Assembly: GCA_963766735.1 (NCBI GenBank)
Contig: CAVYBU010000030.1
Coordinates: 160,001 to 224,000 of the forward strand
Reading direction: 5' to 3'
DNA length: 64,000 nt
From: an uncultured Chloroflexia bacterium
GTDB taxonomy: Bacteria > Chloroflexota > Limnocylindria > Limnocylindrales > CSP1-4
Shown: in pieces, positions 10,164 through 19,360 of the stretch
Position numbering within the stretch: position 1 is the first letter of the stretch
Layout of the letters: each line of letters begins with the position of its first letter
The notes under the pieces: model-generated
What the model was told of the DNA's origin: nothing
Database searches by the model: none
What the model saw: the letters and a program-made list of their open reading frames with translations, nothing else
Made by a program: the position numbers and the translations under genes

Positions 10164-10212
10164 CCACAAGATGTAGTGGTCCGATGATCGTTCGCATCGC
10201 AACATGTAGGGA
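10164..10212. promoter_or_regulatory. Tandem NrdR boxes
   Basis: Minus strand CCACTACATCTTGTGG (10164-10179) and TCCCTACATGTTGCGA (10197-10212) fit acaCwAtATaTwGtgt. Centres are 33 bp apart and lie upstream of an RNR gene. Confidence 0.85.
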
Positions 10213-10239
10213 TCGCGCGCGTTGACGCCGCAGGCGCCC

Positions 10240-10333
10240 GCGTCCACGGTCGCGGCCTGTCGTCCACATGCGTGTCCAGGTCTTCCACCGCGGGCGGAGT
10301 GCTTGTCCACCGTCGGTGACGCGGTTGTCCACA
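10240..10333 (+). promoter_or_regulatory. Array of five co-oriented DnaA-box-like motifs
   Basis: GCGTCCACG (10240), TCGTCCACA (10260), TCTTCCACC (10281), TTGTCCACC (10303), TTGTCCACA (10325); spacing 20/21/22/22 bp. Confidence 0.6.
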
Positions 10334-10346
10334 GAACAGACGTTCT
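10333..10346. promoter_or_regulatory. LexA (SOS) box, GAAC-N4-GTTC type
   Basis: AGAACAGACGTTCT, immediately downstream (minus strand) of a TATAAT -10 element. Confidence 0.75.
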
Positions 10347-10374
10347 ATTATAGGCGCCCGCGCCGCACGTCGAA
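10347..10374 (-). promoter_or_regulatory. Distal sigma70-type promoter toward nrdJ
   Basis: Minus strand TTCGAC (10369-10374), 16-bp spacer, perfect TATAAT (10347-10352) in very GC-rich context. Confidence 0.6.
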
Positions 10375-10431
10375 CCGGCAGCCGCACCATGCCGATCGGC
10401 GTACCCGGTCAGGCCGGGCGCACCCGGCCCG

Positions 10432-11034
10432 CTACTCCCTCGACGATCCTGCGGCTGCGCGCTGCTCCAGCTCCAGCTCCCAGGTCGGCCGCACCCCGAT
10501 CGCCGCGCGGAGCGCCGAGTCGGCCTCCGCCAGCTCGGCCAGCTTCGCGTCCACGCCGGGAGCATCGGGATCCTCCAGCAGGGTGTCCCGAAGCAGCCCG
10601 ATGTAGGCCTCCGTTCCGGGCCCTTCCAGTGCGGCGAGGGCCTCGAACCTCTCCTGCACCTCGGGGTTCCGCTTCGCCAGCGAGGGCCCGCCTCGCTCCC
10701 TGACCAGGAGCTGGAGCTCGCGGCCCTCGCGCAGGGCACGCCACTCCAGTCGGGCACCGCCGGTGGCCTTGACGACCTGTTCGGGCCGGTAGATTGCGAA
10801 CAGCGAGAAGAGCAGGAAGAAGATCCCGATGTCCATCGGCAGGGCGTTCGAGATCGCGATCAGCAGCCCCACGACGGCCACCGCCATCACCGCCGCCGCC
10901 ACGTTGCCGCCGCCATAGCGCCGCGACCGGAGCTGGAGCTGGAACCACAGGCCCACGCCGAGCACGATCAGGCCGACACCGAGAGCGATCTTCAGCAGGG
11001 CCTGGGTGGGATCCGGATCGATGAAGTCGAGCAT
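10432..11034 (-). CDS. Hypothetical membrane protein (3 N-terminal TM helices, helical soluble tail)
   Basis: 200-aa ORF with hydrophobic segments; downstream of ccsA on the same strand. Confidence 0.75.
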   Translation of the reverse strand: MLDFIDPDPTQALLKIALGVGLIVLGVGLWFQLQLRSRRYGGGNVAAAVMAVAVVGLLIAISNALPMDIGIFFLLFSLFAIYRPEQVVKATGGARLEWRALREGRELQLLVRERGGPSLAKRNPEVQERFEALAALEGPGTEAYIGLLRDTLLEDPDAPGVDAKLAELAEADSALRAAIGVRPTWELELEQRAAAGSSRE

Positions 11035-11139
11035 CTGTCAAGCATCGGTCAGGTTGGGATCCCGTGCTCGTTGGATCGGCATGCTGGCGGGAGTGCAGTG
11101 CGCACGCCGTCACGCGCCGGACTCCTGGATGGAGCGGCC

Positions 11140-12078
11140 CTACAGCCCGGAGTAGGCGTGGAGCCCCGTGAACCAGAGGCTCCCCGAGTACGTCACCAGC
11201 ACCATCACGAAGCCGACCACCAGCAGCAGCGCCGCCGGCCGACCCGCCCACCGGCGCTGGTTCCGCGCGTGGAGGTACACCGCGTAGGTCAGCCAGGTGA
11301 CCAGAGCCGCGGTCTCCTTGGGGTCCCATCCCCAGTAGCGTGACCAGGCGATGGACGCCCACCAGGACCCCAGGATGATCATGGTGGCGAAGATCGGGAA
11401 CGCGATGATCACAGAGCGGTAGGCGGCCTCGTCCAGCGTCCCGTGCGACGGCAGCCAGGCGAACCGGTCCTCGGTTCCCTGGACCAGGTATGCGACCCCC
11501 GCCGCGAACGCGGTGGCGAAGATCCCGTAGCTGATGACCGCCATCCCGACGTGGATCGTGAGCAGCGGCGCGTTCTGGAGCGCCGGCACGAGGGGCTCCA
11601 CCTCGGACGGGAGCGACGAGGCGTAGAGCAGCATCCCGAGCGACACCCCCACCGGGATGAACCCGATCTGGCGGATCGGGTAGCGGCGCCCAAGGAGCAG
11701 GTAGCCGCCGAGGATCGCAGCCCCGAAGGCCACGCTGAACTCGTACAGGTTCCCGTATGGCCCCCGCCCGACGACGATCCCGCGCAGTGCCAGTGAGGCG
11801 ACCAGGAGAGCGAAAGCGGCAAACGTGATCCAGATCGCGGCCCTGGAGAGGGGGGTTGGGGCGGCCGACAGGCGCACGTCGGCCTCGGCTGCGGAGGCTC
11901 TCGCCGTCACGAACGATCCTGTCACGCCCGCGGCCGCGAACGCCGGCTGACCGACCTGCGTCGTCACCGCGATCCGGCGGCCGTTGGCCAGGAGCACGGC
12001 GTGGCCGACATGCGCGGCGAAGCCAAGTGCGGTGGCGATGACACCGAGGACGAAGAGGAGCGAGGAGGCCTGTGCCAT
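11140..12078 (-). CDS. ccsA: Cytochrome c biogenesis protein, System II heme-handling WWD subunit (CcsA/ResC; annotated CcsB in some schemes)
   Basis: PYGNLYE, LVPALQ...LTIHV, GSWWASIAWSRYWGWDPKET, YLHAR, GLHAYS. Confidence 0.93.
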   Translation of the reverse strand: MAQASSLLFVLGVIATALGFAAHVGHAVLLANGRRIAVTTQVGQPAFAAAGVTGSFVTARASAAEADVRLSAAPTPLSRAAIWITFAAFALLVASLALRGIVVGRGPYGNLYEFSVAFGAAILGGYLLLGRRYPIRQIGFIPVGVSLGMLLYASSLPSEVEPLVPALQNAPLLTIHVGMAVISYGIFATAFAAGVAYLVQGTEDRFAWLPSHGTLDEAAYRSVIIAFPIFATMIILGSWWASIAWSRYWGWDPKETAALVTWLTYAVYLHARNQRRWAGRPAALLLVVGFVMVLVTYSGSLWFTGLHAYSGL

Positions 12079-12132
12079 GTCGTGTCCCGGGACGCTGGGG
12101 GCCCGGCCGGAGGTTCCGGCCCGGGCGGGGGA

Positions 12133-12606
12133 TCAGGCGGAGGCGGCGCCGCCGGGCGGCGGGGCGGCCGGGCGGAGCGAGCGTGTGGTGGGCTTGAGGG
12201 TGAACGAGAGCCCGCAGTTGCCGCACGTGTCAACGGTGGCGCCGCGGACGAGCCCGCACTTGGGGCAACCGACAACGAGCTCCTCGCCCGCGGCGGAGCG
12301 GACGGCGCCGGCCTCATAGATGACGCCTTCAGAGGGGCTGTACGGCTCCCCGGCGGGATAGACGGGCCGCCCCTCGGCGTCCAGGCGGGCCGCGCGGCGT
12401 GTCTCGGCGAAGGCCCGCCGTGCGCGCGGCCGATGGAAGACGTAGTGCGCCCACGCCAGCACGAGCACCGTCAGGATTGGTCCGACCACGAACAGCAGCA
12501 GGAAGATCGGCAGCAGCGCGATCAGCTGGCCCCAGTCCGGGGTGACGAACGTCGCGCTGAACGCGAGCAGGTCCGTCCAGAGCTGGTTGAGGGTATCGAC
12601 GATCAC
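12133..12606 (-). CDS. Membrane-anchored zinc-ribbon protein
   Basis: N-terminal TM hairpin; CPKC...CGNC at the C-terminus; TGcTAGCAT -10 element 6 nt before GTG. Confidence 0.75.
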   Translation of the reverse strand: MIVDTLNQLWTDLLAFSATFVTPDWGQLIALLPIFLLLFVVGPILTVLVLAWAHYVFHRPRARRAFAETRRAARLDAEGRPVYPAGEPYSPSEGVIYEAGAVRSAAGEELVVGCPKCGLVRGATVDTCGNCGLSFTLKPTTRSLRPAAPPPGGAASA

Positions 12607-12631
12607 GGGCGCATGCTAGCAGCGCCGGCAG

Positions 12632-13237
12632 TCAGGCGCCGTGCTTCGGGTGACGCTTGTGGCGGGCGACCTTGTGGGCTGTCCCGGTCTTGGTGGTGGC
12701 CCCCCGGCCCGGCTTCCAGCTCTTGCGGTCCGACTCGTCCCGGACGAACGGGTTGGGGGTAGCCATCGTGTGCCCGGACCCGATCGTCGGCCTGCGGTTC
12801 CCCGGCGCCGGCGAGGCCAGCCGCGGCAGGTCCAGGCGGTTGAGAAGCCACTGGGTTGGCCGGGTCCGGACGCCGCGGGCCTCGAGGCGCTCCCTCAGGT
12901 CCCGGTCGTTGGTCACCACGAGCATCCGCTCGTAGGCCTCCGGCGAGCCACCCTCTGCCTCCCCCATGGCCGCCGTGAGGCCCAGGATCGCCTCGTCGGC
13001 AGTGTGCCGGCCCGAGTATCGGACGTACATGTGCTGGGCGACGCGGCCCTTCACGCCGTGGCCGATGCCGTCGAACACCAGGTCGATGGTGATGCCCGGC
13101 GGGATGGCCGCGCGCAGCCGGCCGATGATCGCGGCAGGCGGCGCCACCGTTCGGGATCCCATGCGATACAGCATGTTCGTGCCGTCGACGAGGAGGCGGT
13201 CGATGCCGTCGAACGGGGAGCTGGGGGCCGGAGGCAT
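12632..13237 (-). CDS. NYN/PIN-like (YacP/Rae1-type) ribonuclease domain protein
   Basis: LLVDGTNM, LVFDG, TADEAI, VVTNDRDL acidic catalytic motifs; basic C-terminal tail. Confidence 0.82.
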   Translation of the reverse strand: MPPAPSSPFDGIDRLLVDGTNMLYRMGSRTVAPPAAIIGRLRAAIPPGITIDLVFDGIGHGVKGRVAQHMYVRYSGRHTADEAILGLTAAMGEAEGGSPEAYERMLVVTNDRDLRERLEARGVRTRPTQWLLNRLDLPRLASPAPGNRRPTIGSGHTMATPNPFVRDESDRKSWKPGRGATTKTGTAHKVARHKRHPKHGA

Positions 13238-13259
13238 GGGCAGACGGTAGCATCGTCCC

Positions 13260-14102
13260 GTGCTCCTCCTCGTCGATCTCGATGGCGTCGTCTACCGCTC
13301 CTCCGAGTCCGTGCCCGGCGTGGGCGCCGCGCTCGCGGTCCGGGCGGCTCTCGGCGACGAGATCGTGTACGTGACCAACAACGCCATGCACTACCACTCG
13401 GACTATGTTCCGCGGCTCGAGGGACATGGGGCGCCGGTCGGGCCGGACCGCGTCGTGACGAGCGCGCGAGCGAGCACCCTCTGGATCCGGGAGCACATGC
13501 CCGCGATCCGCCGCGTGCTGTCCGTGGGCGCGGGCGGCCTTGACCGTGAGCTGCGCGAGGCGGGCTTCGAGCTGATCACGGCCGCCGCCGCGGCCACGCG
13601 CATGAGCCAGGAGGGACTCGACGGCTGGGAGGCCGCGGGCCACCCTGACGCGGTGGTCGTGGGCCTGGATCCACAGCTCACGTACCTGCGGATCGCCGCG
13701 GCCGCGGACTGTGTCCGTGCGGGCGCCGCATTCGTGGCCACGAATCGGGACCCGATGTACCCCACGGAGCGCGGCTTCCGGCCCGGCGCGGGTGCCGTGG
13801 TGGCGGCGATCGAGGCTGCTGCGAGGACCTCGCCGGTCACCACCGTCGGCAAGCCGGGGCCATACCTGCTCGAGGCGGCGGCGCGCATGGTCGGCGGGGA
13901 CGTGCGCCGCGCGGTGATGATCGGCGACTCGCTCTCCGACGTGGCCGCGGGCCGCGCGGTCGGGGCTCGCACCGTGCTGATGCTGACCGGCGTGACCAGC
14001 CGCGAAACGGCCGACGCGCTGCCGGCTGACGAGCGACCGACGCGGGTGGCCGCCGATGCAGCCGAGCTGGTCGCGGCCCTGGAGGATCTCGCCGCCGGGT
14101 GA
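13260..14102 (+). CDS. HAD-IIA (NagD-like) phosphatase
   Basis: DLDGVVY, VTNN, ATNRD, VGKP, MIGDSLSDV, LTGVT. Confidence 0.93.
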   Translation: MLLLVDLDGVVYRSSESVPGVGAALAVRAALGDEIVYVTNNAMHYHSDYVPRLEGHGAPVGPDRVVTSARASTLWIREHMPAIRRVLSVGAGGLDRELREAGFELITAAAAATRMSQEGLDGWEAAGHPDAVVVGLDPQLTYLRIAAAADCVRAGAAFVATNRDPMYPTERGFRPGAGAVVAAIEAAARTSPVTTVGKPGPYLLEAAARMVGGDVRRAVMIGDSLSDVAAGRAVGARTVLMLTGVTSRETADALPADERPTRVAADAAELVAALEDLAAG

Positions 14103-14158
14103 CACCGGCCGCCGCGTCATCCAGCGCGAGCGGTCTGAGGGTCGGAGGGCGCCGGGAC

Positions 14159-14434
14159 TCAGCGGGTGCCGCGCACGCGGCGCAGCCGCGCCAGCACCCG
14201 GCGGTACAGCAGGCCCGCGACGACCGTGGCGATCGCGGTCAGGAGCAGGGTCTCTCCGGCAGGCCGTCCGGCGATCACCCCGAAGCCCAGGATGAGGACC
14301 GGGAGCCGGGCGACCACGAGCAGCGCCGCCGTCCGGTCCGTCATCCGTCCAGCGCGCCACCAGCGCTCCTCGATCAGCCTCGTGGCGATGAGCGCGAACA
14401 CGAGGATCGCCAGCAGGACGGTCTCGGTCGTCAT
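14159..14434 (-). CDS. Small membrane protein (~91 aa, 3 TM)
   Basis: ATG at 14434, 13 bp after the add stop; MTTETVLLAILVFALIA... is hydrophobic. Confidence 0.7.
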   Translation of the reverse strand: MTTETVLLAILVFALIATRLIEERWWRAGRMTDRTAALLVVARLPVLILGFGVIAGRPAGETLLLTAIATVVAGLLYRRVLARLRRVRGTR

Positions 14435-14447
14435 GGTCGGGGGGCCG

Positions 14448-15509
14448 TCACGCCTGTCCCAGCTCCGGGATGCCATCGCCCCACGCCCGGAACGCCACGC
14501 GGAGGTCAGCCCTGGTGGGTTCATCGCAGAACGCGGCGTCGAGCGCCGCCAGATCAAGCGCCCAGAGCTCCGGCAGCGTGAGGCCGATCCGCTCCACCGC
14601 GTTGGCGTACTCCTCGGACAGCGTGATGCCGGACACGGTCGGATCGTCCGTGCTGAGCGTGACCGGGACGCCGGCGTGGAGCAGGCGGCGGAGCGGGTGG
14701 GCCTCGAGGGACGGAACGATGCTCGCCTGGACGTTGGAGGTTGGGCAGAGGTCCAGCCAGGTGCCCCGGTCGATGAGCTCCCGCACCAGGTCCGGGTCGT
14801 CGATGGCCAGGGGTCCGTGTGCGATCCGCTCCGGCTCCAGCGCAAGGGCCCTGCGAACCTGGGCCGCGCCGCCCCATTCGCCGGCGTGGAGCGTCACGTG
14901 CAGGCCGATCTCCCGCGCCAGGGCCAGGGCGTCACGGTGGCGGTCCGGATCCGGGTAGCGTGCCTCCTCCCCGGCGAGGTCAACGGCCACGAGCCCGTCC
15001 GGGATGCCGCGTGTCTCGAGGTCCCGCACAAACGCCAGGTTGGCCTCCGGCTCGTGCGAGCGCATCAACGTCGCGATGAGGCGGACCTCCACGCCGTACC
15101 GCCGCGCCGCGCCGGCTGCGCCACGGGCGACCGCCTCCACCACCTGGCGCCCGTCCATGCCCTGGGCGGTGTGCAGCAGCGGTGCCCACCGGATCTCGGC
15201 GTAGCGGACGTGGTCAAACGCCTTGTCCTCGACCAGGTCCGCTGCCGTGCGCTCGAGCGCCTCGGAGTCCTGCATCAGTCTGATCGGCAGGTCGAAGGCA
15301 AGCAGCAGCTGAGCCTGATCCTCACAGCGATCCGGACCGACGAGCATCCCGCGCATTGCCTCGTACGTGCGGGGCGCGTCGATGCCACGGGTCCGGGCGA
15401 TCTCGAGCGCGGTCTCCACGCGCATCGAGCCGTCCAGATGGAGGTGGAGCTCCGCCTTGGGCATGGTCCCGATGAGGGCCCTCAGGGAGCGGCGATCGAG
15501 GTCGGTCAT
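14448..15509 (-). CDS. add: Adenosine/adenine deaminase
   Basis: PKAELHLHLDGS, YAEIRWAP, DLAGEE, TLHAGE, RIAHG, CPTSN, STDDP. Start ATG 15509 with TACCAT 6 nt upstream. Confidence 0.92.
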   Translation of the reverse strand: MTDLDRRSLRALIGTMPKAELHLHLDGSMRVETALEIARTRGIDAPRTYEAMRGMLVGPDRCEDQAQLLLAFDLPIRLMQDSEALERTAADLVEDKAFDHVRYAEIRWAPLLHTAQGMDGRQVVEAVARGAAGAARRYGVEVRLIATLMRSHEPEANLAFVRDLETRGIPDGLVAVDLAGEEARYPDPDRHRDALALAREIGLHVTLHAGEWGGAAQVRRALALEPERIAHGPLAIDDPDLVRELIDRGTWLDLCPTSNVQASIVPSLEAHPLRRLLHAGVPVTLSTDDPTVSGITLSEEYANAVERIGLTLPELWALDLAALDAAFCDEPTRADLRVAFRAWGDGIPELGQA

Positions 15510-15679
15510 GCGCGGATGGTAGGCCCCCCGGGTTCGGGCGTTGTCCGCGCGCCGCCGTCGGCCGGCGGAGTATCCTGCTACCAACGAATAGCGAATTTGA
15601 TCGCTTCCCAGCTCGACGATCGGCGGGAAGACAGGAACGCGCAGGTCCGAGCCTCCGCCACCACGCAGGAGCATCACCC

Positions 15680-16627
15680 ATGTCAACCGTCCTCGTCACC
15701 GGCGCCAGCGGCTTCGTCGGCAGCCACCTCATCCCTGCCCTCATCGACGCCGGCCATCATGTGCTGGCGCTTGCGCGCGACGACGCGGGCGCCGCGCAGG
15801 TCGAGCGCCGGCTCACCCCCACGCAACGCGGCTCGGTCGAGGCCCGACTCGGTGACGTTACGAAACCCGCATCCCTGCCGCCCGCGCTCGACGGGGCGGA
15901 CGCGGTCCTGCACCTGGCCGCCATCGCGCGCGACTGGGACGGGGGCGCGACACTCCGCCTGGTCAACACGGAGGGCACCCGGACCGTCCTGGCCGCCGCA
16001 TCGAGCGCAGGCGTGCGCCGCTTCGTCCACCTGGGGGCCCTGGGCGTCATCGACGACCCGGACCTGCACTACGGCAGCTCCAAGGCAAAGGCGATGGCCC
16101 TTGTTCGCGAGAGCGGCCTTGACTGGACGATCCTGAGCCCGTCCCTCCTGTTCGGCCCGCGCGATGGGTTCTTCAACATCCTCGCCGGCCTCGTCCGCAT
16201 GTCGCCCGGCATCGTGCCGATCACGGGCAAGGGCGACGCGAGGTTCCAGCCCCTTGCCATCGGCGACCTGGCGAAGGCCGCGGTCATCGCGCTGGGCGAC
16301 GACGGCACGATCGGCCGGGAGTACCCCCTGGGTGGCCCGCGCCACTGGACCTATCGCGAGATCATGGAGGAGGTCCTGCGGGGCATGGGCAGGCGCCGGC
16401 TGCTCGTCCCGACGCCCGTCGCGCTCATCCGCCTGGTCGCGGGGGGCAGCGAGGCGATCCGCCTCCCGTTCCCGGTCGCCACGGACCAGCTCCGTCAGCT
16501 GAAGTACGACAACACGGGGCCGCTGGACGCCGTCCGGGCAGGCTTCGGGTTCGATCCCCAGCCGATGGAGGGCGGGCTGACCCACCTGCGGCAGAAGCTC
16601 AAGGACCAGGAGCCCGACGCGGCCTGA
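15680..16627 (+). CDS. Atypical SDR / complex I NDUFA9-like NAD(P)-binding protein
   Basis: VTGASGFVG, LHLAAI, YGSSK, PSLLFGPRD, RFQPL; AGGAG RBS. Confidence 0.88.
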   Translation: MSTVLVTGASGFVGSHLIPALIDAGHHVLALARDDAGAAQVERRLTPTQRGSVEARLGDVTKPASLPPALDGADAVLHLAAIARDWDGGATLRLVNTEGTRTVLAAASSAGVRRFVHLGALGVIDDPDLHYGSSKAKAMALVRESGLDWTILSPSLLFGPRDGFFNILAGLVRMSPGIVPITGKGDARFQPLAIGDLAKAAVIALGDDGTIGREYPLGGPRHWTYREIMEEVLRGMGRRRLLVPTPVALIRLVAGGSEAIRLPFPVATDQLRQLKYDNTGPLDAVRAGFGFDPQPMEGGLTHLRQKLKDQEPDAA

Positions 16628-16717
16628 CGTCCACCGCCTGGTGACCCGCGAGCTCGTGCCGTCCTGCACCCGGCCAGGCAGAGGCGGCCCACCGCCCGAC
16701 CCGCTACCCTCGGCATC

Positions 16718-17695
16718 GTGATCGACTCCGGGACGCTCCGCACGCCGCTCGCCCGGCTCGCCTGGCTTGCTGTGGCCGCGCTGATCGCCCTCGGCTCCGC
16801 GGGTGTGATCTCGGCGATGCAGCACCAGCCGGGTTCGACCGACCGTGCCGAGCTGACGTATGAGGGTGACCTGGCGGCCGGACCCGCGCTGGACGCTGCA
16901 ACGGATGAACTCAAGACCCTCGCCGACGCCGTTGACGTGCTCGGCTCGACCGCCCGGCAGGCGCTGGCAGCGGTCGTCGCCGGCGATGGCGACGGGCTGC
17001 AGGCACTCATCGCCGGGGGGACCGCGCAACTGGCCGCCGTCGGCCGGGCGGCCGGCGACTACCGGGCTGCCGTGGCCGCCGTCCCCGGCATGGGCGCGGA
17101 TGGCGAGCTCGCCGTGTCCGAGACCACGCGCCGCCGGTACGAGGCGCTCGAGGAGGTCACCGGGTTGACGGCCGGGCTGGACGCGGAATGGACCGCATTC
17201 ACCGGTCGGGCCCTCGACGCCTCGGCCCTGACCGGGCTGTTGGTGCGCCACGATGAGCAGACCGCAGCTGCTGCCGGGGAGGGCTCCGCCGCGCACTACC
17301 GGGAGGCGCTGGCCCTGCTCGACACCTCGGACGCGATCATCGTGGAGGCCAGGGCGCTCGCGGAGCGGCTCGGCAAGGCCGCCGACGTGGCCACCCTCGT
17401 CACCTGGCTCGATCGCAGCGCCGCCTACGACGCCTCGCTGCGGAACCTCTACCAGTCGCTGGTCGATGCCAAGGGCCGTGTGACCGACGCGGTGCGCGCC
17501 GCCTTCGCCGCCGAGAAGGATGCCCGCTCGCTGCTCCCGGAGGACACGCGGCCTCTGGTCGTGATCATGGCCGAGGTGGCCCAGGGCGGGCTCAACCAGG
17601 CGGTGATCTCGATCGAGGAGGCTCGCGGCGCGCTGGCGGCGGCCCTCGAGACGCAGGCTGAGCTCAAGGCCGGCCAGTCCCCGCCACCCGAGTAG
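16718..17695 (+). CDS. Hypothetical membrane-anchored all-helical (coiled-coil) protein
   Basis: Single N-terminal TM helix followed by Ala-rich amphipathic helices; TACCCT 7 nt before GTG. Confidence 0.75.
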   Translation: MIDSGTLRTPLARLAWLAVAALIALGSAGVISAMQHQPGSTDRAELTYEGDLAAGPALDAATDELKTLADAVDVLGSTARQALAAVVAGDGDGLQALIAGGTAQLAAVGRAAGDYRAAVAAVPGMGADGELAVSETTRRRYEALEEVTGLTAGLDAEWTAFTGRALDASALTGLLVRHDEQTAAAAGEGSAAHYREALALLDTSDAIIVEARALAERLGKAADVATLVTWLDRSAAYDASLRNLYQSLVDAKGRVTDAVRAAFAAEKDARSLLPEDTRPLVVIMAEVAQGGLNQAVISIEEARGALAAALETQAELKAGQSPPPE

Positions 17696-17851
17696 ATCCG
17701 CAGAGACGCCCGCAGGCCCGGGCTGAGACCCGGGCACAGCCCCGCGAGGAGCCCGAGGGTCCGACCGCCGGCGGTACACTCGGTCTCGACGCCGTCCCAA
17801 GCCCCTCGCCGCGGCACGCCGTCGCCCGACGAGCCCCGGAGGACCCAGTTC

Positions 17852-19360
17852 GTGCAGATCCGCATCGTCATCGGCCAGCCTTGGGAGGCGGCCGCTGACC
17901 TCCTCGTCATCCCCGTCATCGGCGAGCCAGACTTCAGCGGCGAGCTGGGCGAGCTCGATCGGCGGACCGGCGGTGAGCTGCGCGCGCTCGCGGCGTTCGG
18001 CGAGCTGCGCCCCAAGCGCTACGGGACCGCGCTGGCGGCACCCGGTGACCTGCCAGCGAAGAGGGTTCTGGCCGTATCCGGCGGCGATGCGGACGAATTC
18101 GATCGCGAGATCGCCCGAAAGCTGGCCGCAACCGCCCTCCGGCGCCTTGTCAATCGTGAGGTCCGGTCCATGGCCGTCTGGCTGGCGCCCGTGGCTGCCG
18201 GGCTGGGCGGGGACGAGGCGCTGGCTGCGGAGCTGGTGACGCGCGGCATCGTCGAGGGCGGGTTCGAGCCCAAGACCATCTACCGTGAGGACAGCGATGC
18301 GGCGCCGCCCGCGCTGGACGAGCTGGTCCTGATCGCCGCAGGCGACGCCGGAGCGGCCGGGCGCGGCGCGGACCGCGGCCGGATCATCGGCGAGGGCGCG
18401 AACATGGCGCGCCGCCTCTCCAACCGGTCTGCCAACGACGTTTCGCCGCAGGTTCTCGCGGACGAGGCGCGCGCCATCGCCGAGGCGCACGGCCTGTGGA
18501 TCGACGTCATCGACGAGAAGCGTGCCGCCGAGATGGGCATGGGCATGTTCATCGCGGTGGGCAGGGGCAGCGACAACCCGCCGCGGATGATCGTCATGCG
18601 GTCGGGGGAGGCGGGCGAGAAGGACGCTCTCGGCCGGCACCTCGCCCTGGTCGGGAAGGGTGTCTGCTTCGACTCCGGTGGCATCAGCATCAAGCCGTCC
18701 GACCGGATGGAAGAGATGAAGATGGACAAGATCGGTGCATGCACCGTGATCTCGGCCATCGCCACCGCCGCCCGTCTCGCCCCGGGCCTGCCGTTGATCG
18801 CGGTCGCCCCCGCGGTGGAGAACATGCCCAGCGGGCATGCGAGCCGGCCCGGCGACATCGTGAAGGCGCTCAACGGCAAGTGGGTGGACATCATCAACAC
18901 CGACGCCGAGGGCCGCCTGATCCTGGGCGACGCGATGACCTACGCGGAACAGCTTGGCGCCACCCACATCGTGGATGTCGCCACCCTGACCGGCGCCGTG
19001 GGCCGGGCGGTCGGCAACATCGTCACGGGCGCGTTCGCCACCCCGGACCCGTGGTGGGGTGCGGTGGATGCGGCGGCGGAGCGGGCAGGGGAACGGTACT
19101 GGCGCGTCCCGCTCATCCAGGACTACATGCCCGAGATGGAGAGCTGGTACGCGGACATCCAGAACACCGGCACCTCGGACGGGTCGCTGGTCAAGAGCGG
19201 CCTGTTCCTGGAACAGTTCCGGACCGTTCCGTGGGCCCACCTGGACATCGGAGGCACGGGCTACTTCCGCAAGACCTATCCGTATGCGGCGCGCGGCGCC
19301 ACGGGCGTCACCCACGCGACGCTGGTGGAGCTTGCCCTTGCCGGGGTCGCGCCGGGCTGA
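17852..19360 (+). CDS. pepA: Leucyl aminopeptidase (M17)
   Basis: VGKGVCFDSGGISIK, MKMDK, ENMP, NTDAEGRL, DVATLTGA, WAHLDI; GGAGG RBS. Confidence 0.95.
   Translation: MQIRIVIGQPWEAAADLLVIPVIGEPDFSGELGELDRRTGGELRALAAFGELRPKRYGTALAAPGDLPAKRVLAVSGGDADEFDREIARKLAATALRRLVNREVRSMAVWLAPVAAGLGGDEALAAELVTRGIVEGGFEPKTIYREDSDAAPPALDELVLIAAGDAGAAGRGADRGRIIGEGANMARRLSNRSANDVSPQVLADEARAIAEAHGLWIDVIDEKRAAEMGMGMFIAVGRGSDNPPRMIVMRSGEAGEKDALGRHLALVGKGVCFDSGGISIKPSDRMEEMKMDKIGACTVISAIATAARLAPGLPLIAVAPAVENMPSGHASRPGDIVKALNGKWVDIINTDAEGRLILGDAMTYAEQLGATHIVDVATLTGAVGRAVGNIVTGAFATPDPWWGAVDAAAERAGERYWRVPLIQDYMPEMESWYADIQNTGTSDGSLVKSGLFLEQFRTVPWAHLDIGGTGYFRKTYPYAARGATGVTHATLVELALAGVAPG

Noticed and set aside
10240-10352. 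Replication origin (oriC)
   Set aside because: No dnaA/dnaN nearby and no extended AT-rich unwinding element; the boxes sit between two nrdJ promoters, so I kept them as a regulatory array.
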